DNA from: a bacterium | GTDB lineage: Bacteria; Patescibacteriota; Minisyncoccia; Minisyncoccales; CG1-02-41-26 | Direction of reading: 5' to 3' | DNA length: 64,000 nt | Assembly (NCBI GenBank): GCA_021162885.1 | Contig: JAGGXV010000024.1 | Location: forward strand, 1,024 to 65,023 | Shown: positions 9,260-16,835 of the stretch, one piece after another | Layout: the number at the start of each line of letters is the position of its first letter | Position numbering within the stretch: position 1 is the stretch's first letter | Notes under the pieces: model-generated | Databases searched by the model: none | What the model saw: the letters and a program-made list of their open reading frames with translations, nothing else | Told to the model about the DNA's origin: nothing | Program-made: the position numbers and the translations under genes

Positions 9260-9272
9260 TCTGGCTCTTTTT
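9246..9272 (+). terminator. intrinsic terminator
   Basis: GAGCCAG-gaaataat-CTGGCTC followed by TTTTT. Confidence 0.7.
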
Positions 9273-9274
9273 GC

Positions 9275-9303
9275 TTGAGAAAAAATAAGAAAAAGTGTAA
9301 AAT
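9275..9303 (+). promoter_or_regulatory. candidate sigma70-type promoter upstream of leuS
   Basis: TTGAGA, 17-nt spacer, TAAAAT. Confidence 0.3.
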
Positions 9304-9424
9304 AAACCTCATAGGAGGAAATTTGGTTGGCCTTTGGCAATCTAAAATTTAAGTTTTTTGCTTTGTAAACACTTTACTAGAAATTTCTCATATAAAGTAA
9401 AAAACTGTGGGATAAAAATCATAT

Positions 9425-11962
9425 ATGGAGTACAATCCACAAAAAATTGAGAAAAAATGGCAGAGAATCTGGGAGAGAGAAGAAATTTTTTTAGCCAAAG
9501 ATTTTTCAAAAAAACCCAAGAATTATATTTTGATTGAATTTCCTTATATTTCCGGAGAAGGCCTGCATGTAGGACATTGTCGGAGTTATACGGCTTTAGA
9601 TGTGGTTAGTCGAAAAAGAAGAATGGAAGGTTTCAATGTTCTATTTCCCATTGGTTGGGATGCTTTTGGCTTACCTACTGAAAATTTTGCGGTCCGAACG
9701 GGAATTCATCCCACAGTCATCACTAAGAAAAACATATCTAAGTTTAAAAAACAGCTCAAGAGGTTAGGCCTCTCTTTTGATTGGACTCGAGAAATTAATA
9801 CTTCTGACCCGGAATATTACAAATGGACTCAGTGGATATTTTTGCAACTTTTCAAGCATGGCTTAGCTTACAAAGCCAAAATCCCAATCAACTGGTGTCC
9901 TTCTTGCAAGATTGGCTTAGCAAATGAAGAAGTTATTGAGGGGAAATGCGAAAGGTGCGGAACGAAAGTTACCCGAAAAGAGAAAGAACAATGGATGTTA
10001 AGGATTACCAAATACGCTGAAAGATTACTCAGAGATTTAAATAAAGTCAATTACCCAGAAAGAGTAAAGATATTGCAGAAAGATTGGATAGGGAAAAGTT
10101 GCGGCGTGGAAATTAAATTTCCCCTTGCAACTTTTGGGCGAAACAAACGCGAAACTGAAAACGCAGAACTACGCGAAACCTTCATAAATGTTTTTACTAC
10201 CAGAATTGATACAATTTTTGGGGCTACTTATTTGGTGTTGGCGCCAGAACACCCCATAATTGGAAAGCTTAAAGCTCAAATTTCAAATCTCAAGAGTATT
10301 GAAGAGTATATAGAAAAAGCAACAAGGAAATTGGAAAGAGAAAGAATTTCCGAAACCAGAGAAAAAACTGGAATAAAGTTAGAGGGGGTGATGGCGGTTA
10401 ATCCAGCCACTGGGAAAGAGATTCCGATTTTTGTAGCCGATTATGTTTTAATGCACTATGGGACAGGAGCGATAATGGGAGTGCCCTGTCACGACGAAAG
10501 AGATTTTGAGTTCGCTCGCCAGCATAATCTTCCGATGATAAAAGTAATTGAACCCAAAAAGAAAGAGAAAGAATTAACTTTTGCTCTCTCTAATGGTAGG
10601 TATCAGCACCCTTATACTGGCGAAGGGATTTTAGTAAATTCTGAAAGATTTGACGGGATGAAATCTGAGGTAGCTAGAGAAAGAATTTTTCAATGGCTAA
10701 AGCGCAAAAGTTTGGTAAAAAAAGCGGTTCATTATAAATTAAGAGATTGGGTTTTCTCTCGTCAGAGGTATTGGGGAGAGCCAATCCCGCTTGTTTTCTG
10801 TGAAAAATGTGGTTGGGTGCCGGTGTCTGAGAAAGATTTACCTGTAAAGTTGCCGCGAGTCAAAAATTACAAACCAACTGAAACAGGAGAGTCGCCTTTA
10901 GCCAGCGTTAAAAGTTGGGTTAACACAAAATGTCCAAAATGCGGAGGACCGGCTCGGAGAGAAACAGATGTTATGCCCAATTGGGCAGGAAGTAATTGGT
11001 ATTACCTTGCATATACTATGTTTAAAAGTCAAAAGTCAAAAGTCAAAAGTCAAAAGTTTAAGTGGGATGAAAGAAGGATTAAATATTGGATGCCGGTTGA
11101 TTGGTACAATGGAGGTATGGAACATACTACTTTGCATCTTTTATATTCTCGTTTTATCTATAAATTTTTATGGGATATTGGAGCTGTCCCAAAATCTTTA
11201 GAACCCGAACCTTATAAAAAACGAACTTCTCACGGAATAATTTTAGCTGAAGGCGGGGTGAAAATGTCCAAGTCAAAAGGGAATGTAATCAATCCTGATG
11301 AGGTGGTAAAGCAATATGGGGCTGATACTTTAAGATGTTATGAAATGTTTATGGGTCCTTTTGAGCAAGCAATTGCCTGGGATATCAAAGGGGTAAGGGG
11401 GGCAAAGAGGTTTCTTCAAAAAGTCTGGGAACTTTTTGAAAAATCCCAAATCCCAAGCGCCAAATCTCAAACAAATCCCAAACCCCAAATCCCAAACCCC
11501 AAACTTAAAAAGATTTTACATAAAACCATCAAGAAAGTTTCAGAGGATATTGAGAATATGAAGTTTAATACAGCAATTAGTGCAATGATGGAGTTTTGTA
11601 ATGCTTGGCAGGAAAATCCAAAAGGATTAAGAAAAAAGGATTTAAAAGATTTTTTAAAAATTTTATCTCCTTTCGCACCCCATTTAACAGAAGAGCTTTG
11701 GCAAAAGCTAGGAAACAAAAAAAGCATCTTTTTAAAAAAATGGCCAAAATATGACCCAAAGCTGATTGAAGAAGAAAAAATAACTTTGGTAATTCAAATT
11801 AATGGTAAAGTCCGCGAGAAAATAGAAGTTGAATCAGGAACTTCAGAGAATAAAGCCAAAGAGCTTGCTCTCTCTCAACCAAAAATCCAAAAATGGCTCC
11901 TCAATAAAAAAATCAAAAAAACAATCTTTATCAAAGACAAACTAATCAACTTTGTGATATAA
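9425..11962 (+). CDS. leuS: leucyl-tRNA synthetase
   Basis: HIGH variant (GLHVGHCRSY), KMSKS (VKMSKSKGN), a CP1 editing-domain region and zinc-binding Cys pairs. Confidence 0.95.
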   Translation: MEYNPQKIEKKWQRIWEREEIFLAKDFSKKPKNYILIEFPYISGEGLHVGHCRSYTALDVVSRKRRMEGFNVLFPIGWDAFGLPTENFAVRTGIHPTVITKKNISKFKKQLKRLGLSFDWTREINTSDPEYYKWTQWIFLQLFKHGLAYKAKIPINWCPSCKIGLANEEVIEGKCERCGTKVTRKEKEQWMLRITKYAERLLRDLNKVNYPERVKILQKDWIGKSCGVEIKFPLATFGRNKRETENAELRETFINVFTTRIDTIFGATYLVLAPEHPIIGKLKAQISNLKSIEEYIEKATRKLERERISETREKTGIKLEGVMAVNPATGKEIPIFVADYVLMHYGTGAIMGVPCHDERDFEFARQHNLPMIKVIEPKKKEKELTFALSNGRYQHPYTGEGILVNSERFDGMKSEVARERIFQWLKRKSLVKKAVHYKLRDWVFSRQRYWGEPIPLVFCEKCGWVPVSEKDLPVKLPRVKNYKPTETGESPLASVKSWVNTKCPKCGGPARRETDVMPNWAGSNWYYLAYTMFKSQKSKVKSQKFKWDERRIKYWMPVDWYNGGMEHTTLHLLYSRFIYKFLWDIGAVPKSLEPEPYKKRTSHGIILAEGGVKMSKSKGNVINPDEVVKQYGADTLRCYEMFMGPFEQAIAWDIKGVRGAKRFLQKVWELFEKSQIPSAKSQTNPKPQIPNPKLKKILHKTIKKVSEDIENMKFNTAISAMMEFCNAWQENPKGLRKKDLKDFLKILSPFAPHLTEELWQKLGNKKSIFLKKWPKYDPKLIEEEKITLVIQINGKVREKIEVESGTSENKAKELALSQPKIQKWLLNKKIKKTIFIKDKLINFVI
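10138..10180 (+). repeat. (GCGAAAC)-type heptamer array in leuS
   Basis: GCGAAAC aaac GCGAAAC TGAAAAC GCAGAAC tac GCGAAAC. Encodes GRNKRETENAELRET. Confidence 0.75.
10271..10295 (+). repeat. AAAGCTC/AAATTTC/AAATCTC heptamer array in leuS
   Basis: Three 7-nt units read directly. Encodes KAQISNLKS. Confidence 0.7.
11024..11058 (+). repeat. (AAAAGTC)4 heptamer array in leuS
   Basis: Four exact units plus AAAAGTT. Encodes KSQKSKVKSQKF. Confidence 0.9.
11441..11505 (+). repeat. (AAATCCC/AAACCCC)n heptamer array in leuS
   Basis: AAATCCC AAATCCC AAGCGCC AAATCTC AAAC AAATCCC AAACCCC AAATCCC AAACCCC. Encodes KSQIPSAKSQTNPKPQIPNPK. Confidence 0.9.
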
Positions 11963-11980
11963 TTGAAAATCAAACATTCT

Positions 11981-13675
11981 ATGGAAAAAGTTTTATCAAA
12001 AAAAGTTGGTGAGAAAGTGATTCTTTTAGGAAATGAGGCGATTGTTAGGGGAGCTTTGGAATCAGGGGTTCAGTTTGTTTCTACTTATCCGGGTACTCCC
12101 GCTTCGGAAATTGGCAACACCTTCTATAAAATCTCAAATCTCAAATCTCAAATCTCAAATCTGAATTTATATTTTGAGTTTTCAACCAATGAGAAAGTTG
12201 CTTTGGAAGCTGGGGCTGGTGCTAGCTTTTCTGGTCAGAGAACGTTAGTTGCAATGAAGCATTTTGGACTAAATGTTGCTTCTGATTTTTTAATAACTTT
12301 AGTGTATTCTGGAGTCCGGACAGGAATGGTTATTGTGGTTGCTGATGACCCGGGTTGTTCAAGTTCGGCTCAATCAGAACAAGATTCAAGAGCTTACAGT
12401 TATTTAGCCCATATTCCCACTTTAACTCCCGCTACTCCTCAAGAGTGCAAAGATTTTACAAAATTTGCTTTCGAACTTTCAGAAAAATTTAAAATTCCAG
12501 TGATGGTTCGAGAAACAACCAGAGTGGCTTTGCAAAGTGGCATCGTTAAGTTAGGAAAGATTGTTCAGGGTAGAAGGAAAGGAAAATTTGTTAAAGATCC
12601 TCACCAGTTTGTGACAATGCCCCCAAGAGTTCTTGAGATGAAAAAAGAACTTTTAGAGAAGATTAGAAAGATAAAAAATGAAGTTTCCGAGAAAAGCCCT
12701 ACGAATTACGAATCTAAACGAATTACAAATAAAAAAATTGGAATTGTTACTTCCGGGGTGTCTTATTTGTATACAATGGAGGCACTGAAAGAATTTAATC
12801 TCAATTTACCGGTGTTGAAACTGGGATTTTTTTATCCTTTGCCAGAGAAAAAGATTAAAAAATTTATTAAATCTATAAAAAAAGTTTTAATAGTTGAAGA
12901 ACTTGAGCCTTATATAGAAAGGGAGGTTAAGAGATTCGCTAAAGACGCTAACCCAAAACTTCAAATTTTTGGTAAAAATCTATTACCAGAGATTGGAGAG
13001 TTAAGGCCAGAAATTGTTCTCCGAGCCATTGCTAAAATTACTAACAGAAAATTAAAAATTGAAAATTCAATAAAAATTAAAAATTTAAAATTGAAAATTC
13101 CTCGCCGAACTCCCCAGCTTTGTCCAGGTTGCCCTTATTGGTTGGTGTTTTCAGGAATAAAAACCGCTTTGAAAAAAATGAAATTGAGCGAAAAAGATGT
13201 TGTTTTCGGTGGTGAAATTGGTTGTTATATGTTAGCTGGTCTTTCGCCTCATAATATACAAGATTATCTTTTTTGTATGGGTTCTGATATGGGGATAGCC
13301 CACGGGATTAAAAAAGCGACTTTTAATAAACAAAAACTTATTGCTTTTGTCGGCGATTCTTCATTCTTCCATGCTGGCATTCCTGCTTTAATCAATGCAG
13401 TTCACAACAAATCAAATCCTTTGGTTATTATTATGGATAATCAGACAACGGCTATGACCGGCCACCAGCCTCACCCCGGCATTGAAAAAACCGGCATGGG
13501 GGAGGCCTCTCCCAAAATAAAAATTGAAGACATTGTTCGAGCTTGCGGAGTTAAAAACCTTAAAGTTATTGATCAAGGAAACCAAAAAGAATTTGTCAAA
13601 ACCGTCAAAGAATTTTTGCAAAATAAAACCGTTTCAGTAATCATCGCCCGAAGGCCTTGCATATTTGTTAAATAG
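11981..13675 (+). CDS. iorA: indolepyruvate:ferredoxin oxidoreductase, alpha subunit
   Basis: GNEAIVRGALESGV..STYPGTPASEI N-terminus and TPP-binding GDSSFFHAG...MDNQTTAMTGHQ. ATG at 11981 is preferred to the TTG at 11963. Confidence 0.85.
   Translation: MEKVLSKKVGEKVILLGNEAIVRGALESGVQFVSTYPGTPASEIGNTFYKISNLKSQISNLNLYFEFSTNEKVALEAGAGASFSGQRTLVAMKHFGLNVASDFLITLVYSGVRTGMVIVVADDPGCSSSAQSEQDSRAYSYLAHIPTLTPATPQECKDFTKFAFELSEKFKIPVMVRETTRVALQSGIVKLGKIVQGRRKGKFVKDPHQFVTMPPRVLEMKKELLEKIRKIKNEVSEKSPTNYESKRITNKKIGIVTSGVSYLYTMEALKEFNLNLPVLKLGFFYPLPEKKIKKFIKSIKKVLIVEELEPYIEREVKRFAKDANPKLQIFGKNLLPEIGELRPEIVLRAIAKITNRKLKIENSIKIKNLKLKIPRRTPQLCPGCPYWLVFSGIKTALKKMKLSEKDVVFGGEIGCYMLAGLSPHNIQDYLFCMGSDMGIAHGIKKATFNKQKLIAFVGDSSFFHAGIPALINAVHNKSNPLVIIMDNQTTAMTGHQPHPGIEKTGMGEASPKIKIEDIVRACGVKNLKVIDQGNQKEFVKTVKEFLQNKTVSVIIARRPCIFVK
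12129..12163 (+). repeat. (AAATCTC)4 heptamer array in iorA
   Basis: Four exact units plus AAATCTG. Encodes KISNLKSQISNLN. Confidence 0.9.
12701..12730 (+). repeat. (ACGAATT)-type array in iorA
   Basis: ACGAATT ACGAATC taa ACGAATT ACAAAT. Encodes TNYESKRITNK. Same word as the intergenic hairpin elements at 14255 and 28554. Confidence 0.8.
13047..13099 (+). repeat. (GAAAATT)n heptamer array in iorA
   Basis: GAAAATT AAAAATT GAAAATT CAATAAAAATT AAAAATT TAAAATT GAAAATT. Encodes KLKIENSIKIKNLKLKI. It is the complement of the CAATTTT family. Confidence 0.85.
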
Positions 13676-13681
13676 AATTCT

Positions 13682-14272
13682 ATGAAAAAAGATTTTAATA
13701 TAATTTTGGCTGGAGTTGGAGGACAGGGAATTATTACCTTGACTCGGATTTTGGCTGAGACAGCTTTAATTGAAAAAAAAGATGTTAAAACTTCAGAGCT
13801 CCATGGATTGAGTCAAAGAGGGGGATCTGTTGAAACCCATATTAGATTTGGCAGAGAAATTTACTCTCCCTTAATTAGACAGGGTGGAGCTGATTTGATA
13901 ATTTCTCTTGAGACTCAGGAAGCCTTGAAAGCTTTACATTATAGTTCAAAAAAAGAAACAATGTTTTTAGTCAATGATTTTATTAAACCGATTTTTGGCA
14001 CAAAAAATACCCTTCCCAGTAAACAAATTCAAAAGGAACTTGAAAAATTCTCAAAAGAAGTTGTTTTTGTTCCAGCTTCCAAAATTGTTAAAGAAAAATT
14101 AGGTAAAGAAGTTCTAGCTGGTGTTTTTCTTTTGGGATATGCTGCTTTCAAAAAATTAATTCCCTTAAAGCCAAATTCATTTTTAAAGGCAATTGAAAAA
14201 GTCGTGCCGAAGAGATATTTCCAACTAAATAAAAAAACCTTTACTTTAGCGAACCCTACTAATTACGAATAG
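13682..14272 (+). CDS. iorB: indolepyruvate:ferredoxin oxidoreductase, beta subunit
   Basis: GVGGQGI motif and length of the 2-oxoacid:ferredoxin oxidoreductase gamma-like domain. Directly follows iorA. Confidence 0.85.
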   Translation: MKKDFNIILAGVGGQGIITLTRILAETALIEKKDVKTSELHGLSQRGGSVETHIRFGREIYSPLIRQGGADLIISLETQEALKALHYSSKKETMFLVNDFIKPIFGTKNTLPSKQIQKELEKFSKEVVFVPASKIVKEKLGKEVLAGVFLLGYAAFKKLIPLKPNSFLKAIEKVVPKRYFQLNKKTFTLANPTNYE

Positions 14273-14330
14273 ACCACGAATTACAAATAAACATAAATAT
14301 TCGTAATTCGATAAAATTCGTAATTCGGGA
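14255..14330. repeat. ACGAATT/AATTCGT nested-hairpin element (copy 1), probable terminator
   Basis: Inner stem 14277-14289 / 14298-14310 (12 of 13 pairs). Outer stem AATTACGAAT 14261-14270 / ATTCGTAATT 14316-14325. The 29-mer ATATTCGTAATTCGATAAAATTCGTAATT (14297-14325) is identical to 28584-28612. Confidence 0.85.
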
Positions 14331-14338
14331 GGAGTTTT

Positions 14339-15055
14339 ATGAAAGTAGTAATTGCGGCTGCCGGTCAAGGGACCCGGATGCTTCATTTAACTCGCAATAA
14401 ATCAAAACATCTTATTAATGTTCAAAAAAAGCCATTCCTGGCTTACCTTTTAGATAATCTCAAAAAAGCCGGGTACAAAGAGATAATTTTGGTAGTTGGC
14501 TACAAAGAGAAGATGATGAGAGAATTTTTAAGAAAATATGATTATCAAGCTGAAGTCATCAATCAATTCGAGATTTTGGGAGAAGGAGAGTATGGAACTT
14601 TATGTCCTTTAAAATGTGTGGAGAATATTGTAGGGAAGGAAAATTTTTTATCTTTGTACGGCGACAATCTTTATTCAGTAAAGGACCTCCAAGCTTTTAA
14701 TATCGAGGATAATTATAATTATGTAGCTGGATTTTGCCATAAGCACCCAGAGAAATACGGGGTGCTTCAGATAGAAAATGGGTTCTTAAAAGAAATTGTA
14801 GAGAAGCCCAAGGAATATATTGGTAATCTAATAAATACTGGTTTGTATAAATTCACTCCTGAAATTTTCGACAAAATCCCCGAAGTTTCTATTTCTCCAC
14901 GAGGAGAATATGAGCTGACTGATGCTATAAACCTTTTAGCCCAAGAAAAAAAAGTTAAAGTAAAGAAAATTGAAGATTACTGGATCGATTTTGGTAATCC
15001 AGCTGATATTATAAAATTTTCTAAATTTTTGAAAACCTCTAAAAATTTTAAATGA
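14339..15055 (+). CDS. sugar-phosphate nucleotidyltransferase
   Basis: N-terminal AAAGQGTRM (GxGTR) motif and NTP_transferase fold length. SD GGGAGGAG lies upstream. Confidence 0.8.
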   Translation: MKVVIAAAGQGTRMLHLTRNKSKHLINVQKKPFLAYLLDNLKKAGYKEIILVVGYKEKMMREFLRKYDYQAEVINQFEILGEGEYGTLCPLKCVENIVGKENFLSLYGDNLYSVKDLQAFNIEDNYNYVAGFCHKHPEKYGVLQIENGFLKEIVEKPKEYIGNLINTGLYKFTPEIFDKIPEVSISPRGEYELTDAINLLAQEKKVKVKKIEDYWIDFGNPADIIKFSKFLKTSKNFK

Positions 15056-15672
15056 AAAAGAAAAAGCTAAATTTAGCAGTCCTGATAGGAAAAGGAGGAA
15101 GATTGGGGGCCCTTTATAAATGCTGCAAAAAAGACCCTTTAGTTGATTTGGCTTTGGTTGTTAGTCATAAAAAAGAATCTCCTGGCATTGGGAAAGCAAA
15201 AAAATGGGGTATTGAATCTTTTTATTTTCGCCTTTCTGACTGGCAAAGAAAAGGGAAAAGTAGAGAAGATTATAACAAAGAGTTAGCTGAAATTTTGAAA
15301 GAGAGAAAAATTGATTTGGTGGTGATGGCTGGCTGGGATTTGGTGATGGATAAAAACTTTTTGAGTCAATTTCCCAATAAAGTTATAAACATCCATCCTT
15401 CTTTGTGCCCGGCTTTTCCTGGTTTGAATGCTGAAAAGCAAGCTCTGGATTATGGGGCAAAAATTACAGGTTGCACGCTCCATTTTGTTGATGAAGGAGT
15501 GGATACCGGTCCGATAATTTTCCAAGAAGCAGTAAAAGTAACTCCTGATGATACAATTGAAAGTTTAAGAAAGAAAATTCACAAGAAAGAAGAAAAAATA
15601 TTGTGCAAAGCAATAAAATTATTTGCTAGAAATAGAATAAAAATTGAAGGAAGAAAAGTATGGATCAAATAA
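15052..15672 (+). CDS. purN: phosphoribosylglycinamide formyltransferase-like (formyl transferase domain)
   Basis: NIHPSLCPAFPG and HFVDEGVDTGPIIFQ motifs match PurN-type formyltransferases. Confidence 0.7.
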   Translation: MKKKKLNLAVLIGKGGRLGALYKCCKKDPLVDLALVVSHKKESPGIGKAKKWGIESFYFRLSDWQRKGKSREDYNKELAEILKERKIDLVVMAGWDLVMDKNFLSQFPNKVINIHPSLCPAFPGLNAEKQALDYGAKITGCTLHFVDEGVDTGPIIFQEAVKVTPDDTIESLRKKIHKKEEKILCKAIKLFARNRIKIEGRKVWIK

Positions 15673-16160
15673 TTTCCCAACAATTAAATGCTTTTGTTCT
15701 AAAATATTTTTGGCAGGATGTGTTTTTTATATTTTTTGCTGAATACCTTGCCTATTTTTTAGGGGCTGCCAGCTTTTTATTTCTCTTAGTAAATTTTAAA
15801 AAATATTGGCCGATGGTAGTAAAAGGTTTAGCAGCAGGTCTTTTGGCGCGATTTGGGATTGTTGAGGTGATTCGTTTTTTTTGGCACAGAACTCGCCCTT
15901 TTTTGGAAACTGGGATTAATTTGTTAGTAGCGAAGATAAACCAACCTGCCTTTCCTTCTGGCCACGCTGCCTTCTTTTTCGCTTTATCTTTTATAGTTTT
16001 TCTTTACAATAAAAAAGCCGGCCTTTTATTTTTTATCGGCAGTTTTTTAATTTGTCTTGGACGAGTTATAGTTGGCCTTCACTGGCCCACCGATATTTTA
16101 GGGGGAGCAGTAGTTGGCCTTTTTTCTGCCTGGTTGGTCCATAGAATTTTTAGGAAATAA
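15660..16160 (+). CDS. PAP2-family lipid phosphatase (undecaprenyl-diphosphatase-like)
   Basis: Membrane protein with PSGHAAFFFA and HWPTD motifs. Confidence 0.75.
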   Translation: MDQIISQQLNAFVLKYFWQDVFFIFFAEYLAYFLGAASFLFLLVNFKKYWPMVVKGLAAGLLARFGIVEVIRFFWHRTRPFLETGINLLVAKINQPAFPSGHAAFFFALSFIVFLYNKKAGLLFFIGSFLICLGRVIVGLHWPTDILGGAVVGLFSAWLVHRIFRK

Positions 16161-16174
16161 TGTTTAATTAAAAC

Positions 16175-16211
16175 AAAACTCCGCTACTGGAATTTTTGGT
16201 AGCGGAGTTTT
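16175..16211. terminator. bidirectional intrinsic terminator between convergent genes
   Basis: AAAACTCCGCTAC-tggaattttt-GTAGCGGAGTTTT, a perfect 13-bp stem with A/T runs on both sides. Confidence 0.85.
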
Positions 16212-16304
16212 GTATTAAAATCCAATTATTTTTCTCTGGGACAAAAATTGCGGTAAATTTGTAGAGTTTCATAGAAATTCAATTAATTACTTAATAAATT
16301 TCTG

Positions 16305-16712
16305 TCAATGCTTTTCTACTTTAACTACTCTTTCTTTAAGATCAATTGTTGGCGGATTTAAATTTTCTTTTAAGAATTCAAAAGTTTTTTTGCCATCGCC
16401 TTGGGCTCGGCAGCTGTAAAGGTAAAAAAACAAAGAGTTATATTCTGGATAAGTGTGGATAGCGGCATGGGATTCAGCGAGTAAAACACAGCAGGTATAA
16501 CCTTTAGGCTGAAATTTATAATCAGTTATCTTCAGAATTTTAAAATTATCCCTCTTTAAACCTTCCAAAAGGAGGGTTTTTAATTTTTCACCATTATCTA
16601 AAATCTTCTCTGGCAAGTCATACATCACACAAGAGATTTCATTGCCAATTGGGCTGGATTTAAAACTCATAAGTCGTAAATAATCTATTAAGTTTTTATT
16701 TGTTTTTAGCAT
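16305..16712 (-). CDS. speH: S-adenosylmethionine decarboxylase proenzyme (class 1, SpeH/SpeD)
   Basis: Self-processing motif LLAESHAAIHTYPE. The ORF-track start at 16760 would overlap the tRNA, so the ATG at 16712 (or 16670) is more plausible. Confidence 0.8.
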   Translation of the reverse strand: MLKTNKNLIDYLRLMSFKSSPIGNEISCVMYDLPEKILDNGEKLKTLLLEGLKRDNFKILKITDYKFQPKGYTCCVLLAESHAAIHTYPEYNSLFFYLYSCRAQGDGKKTFEFLKENLNPPTIDLKERVVKVEKH

Positions 16713-16718
16713 TAAAAG

Positions 16719-16803
16719 TGCCGCTGGTCGGATTCGAACCGACACGAGCTTTTGGCTCACATCGTTTTGAGCGATGAGTGTCTTCCAGTTCCACCACAGC
16801 GGC
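16719..16803 (-). tRNA. tRNA-Leu (anticodon CAA), type II with long variable arm
   Basis: Folded by hand. Acceptor GCCGCTG/CAGCGGC, D stem GTG/CAC, anticodon stem CATCG/CGATG with loop CTCAAAA. Variable arm GAGC-caaaa-GCTC, T arm GTCGG-TTCGAAT-CCGAC, discriminator A. CCA is not encoded. Confidence 0.9.
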
Positions 16804-16835
16804 TCTCAATTTTCATATTATACCACTGTTTCCGC

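Noticed and set aside
9273-9424. T-box or other riboswitch leader upstream of leuS.
   Set aside because: The 150-nt gap lacks the conserved T-box sequence and a terminator/antiterminator pair. It looks like a plain promoter region.
16713-16760. N-terminal extension of the speH ORF (ORF-track start 16760). Similar upstream extensions occur for hisS (27140), rsmI (5987), iorA (11963), topA (20746), HIT (28611), ybeY (29269) and the 1139 start of the membrane/TPR gene.
   Set aside because: The extensions overlap a tRNA, the preceding gene or a repeat element, and use non-ATG codons. Internal ATG/GTG starts give N-termini matching the families.
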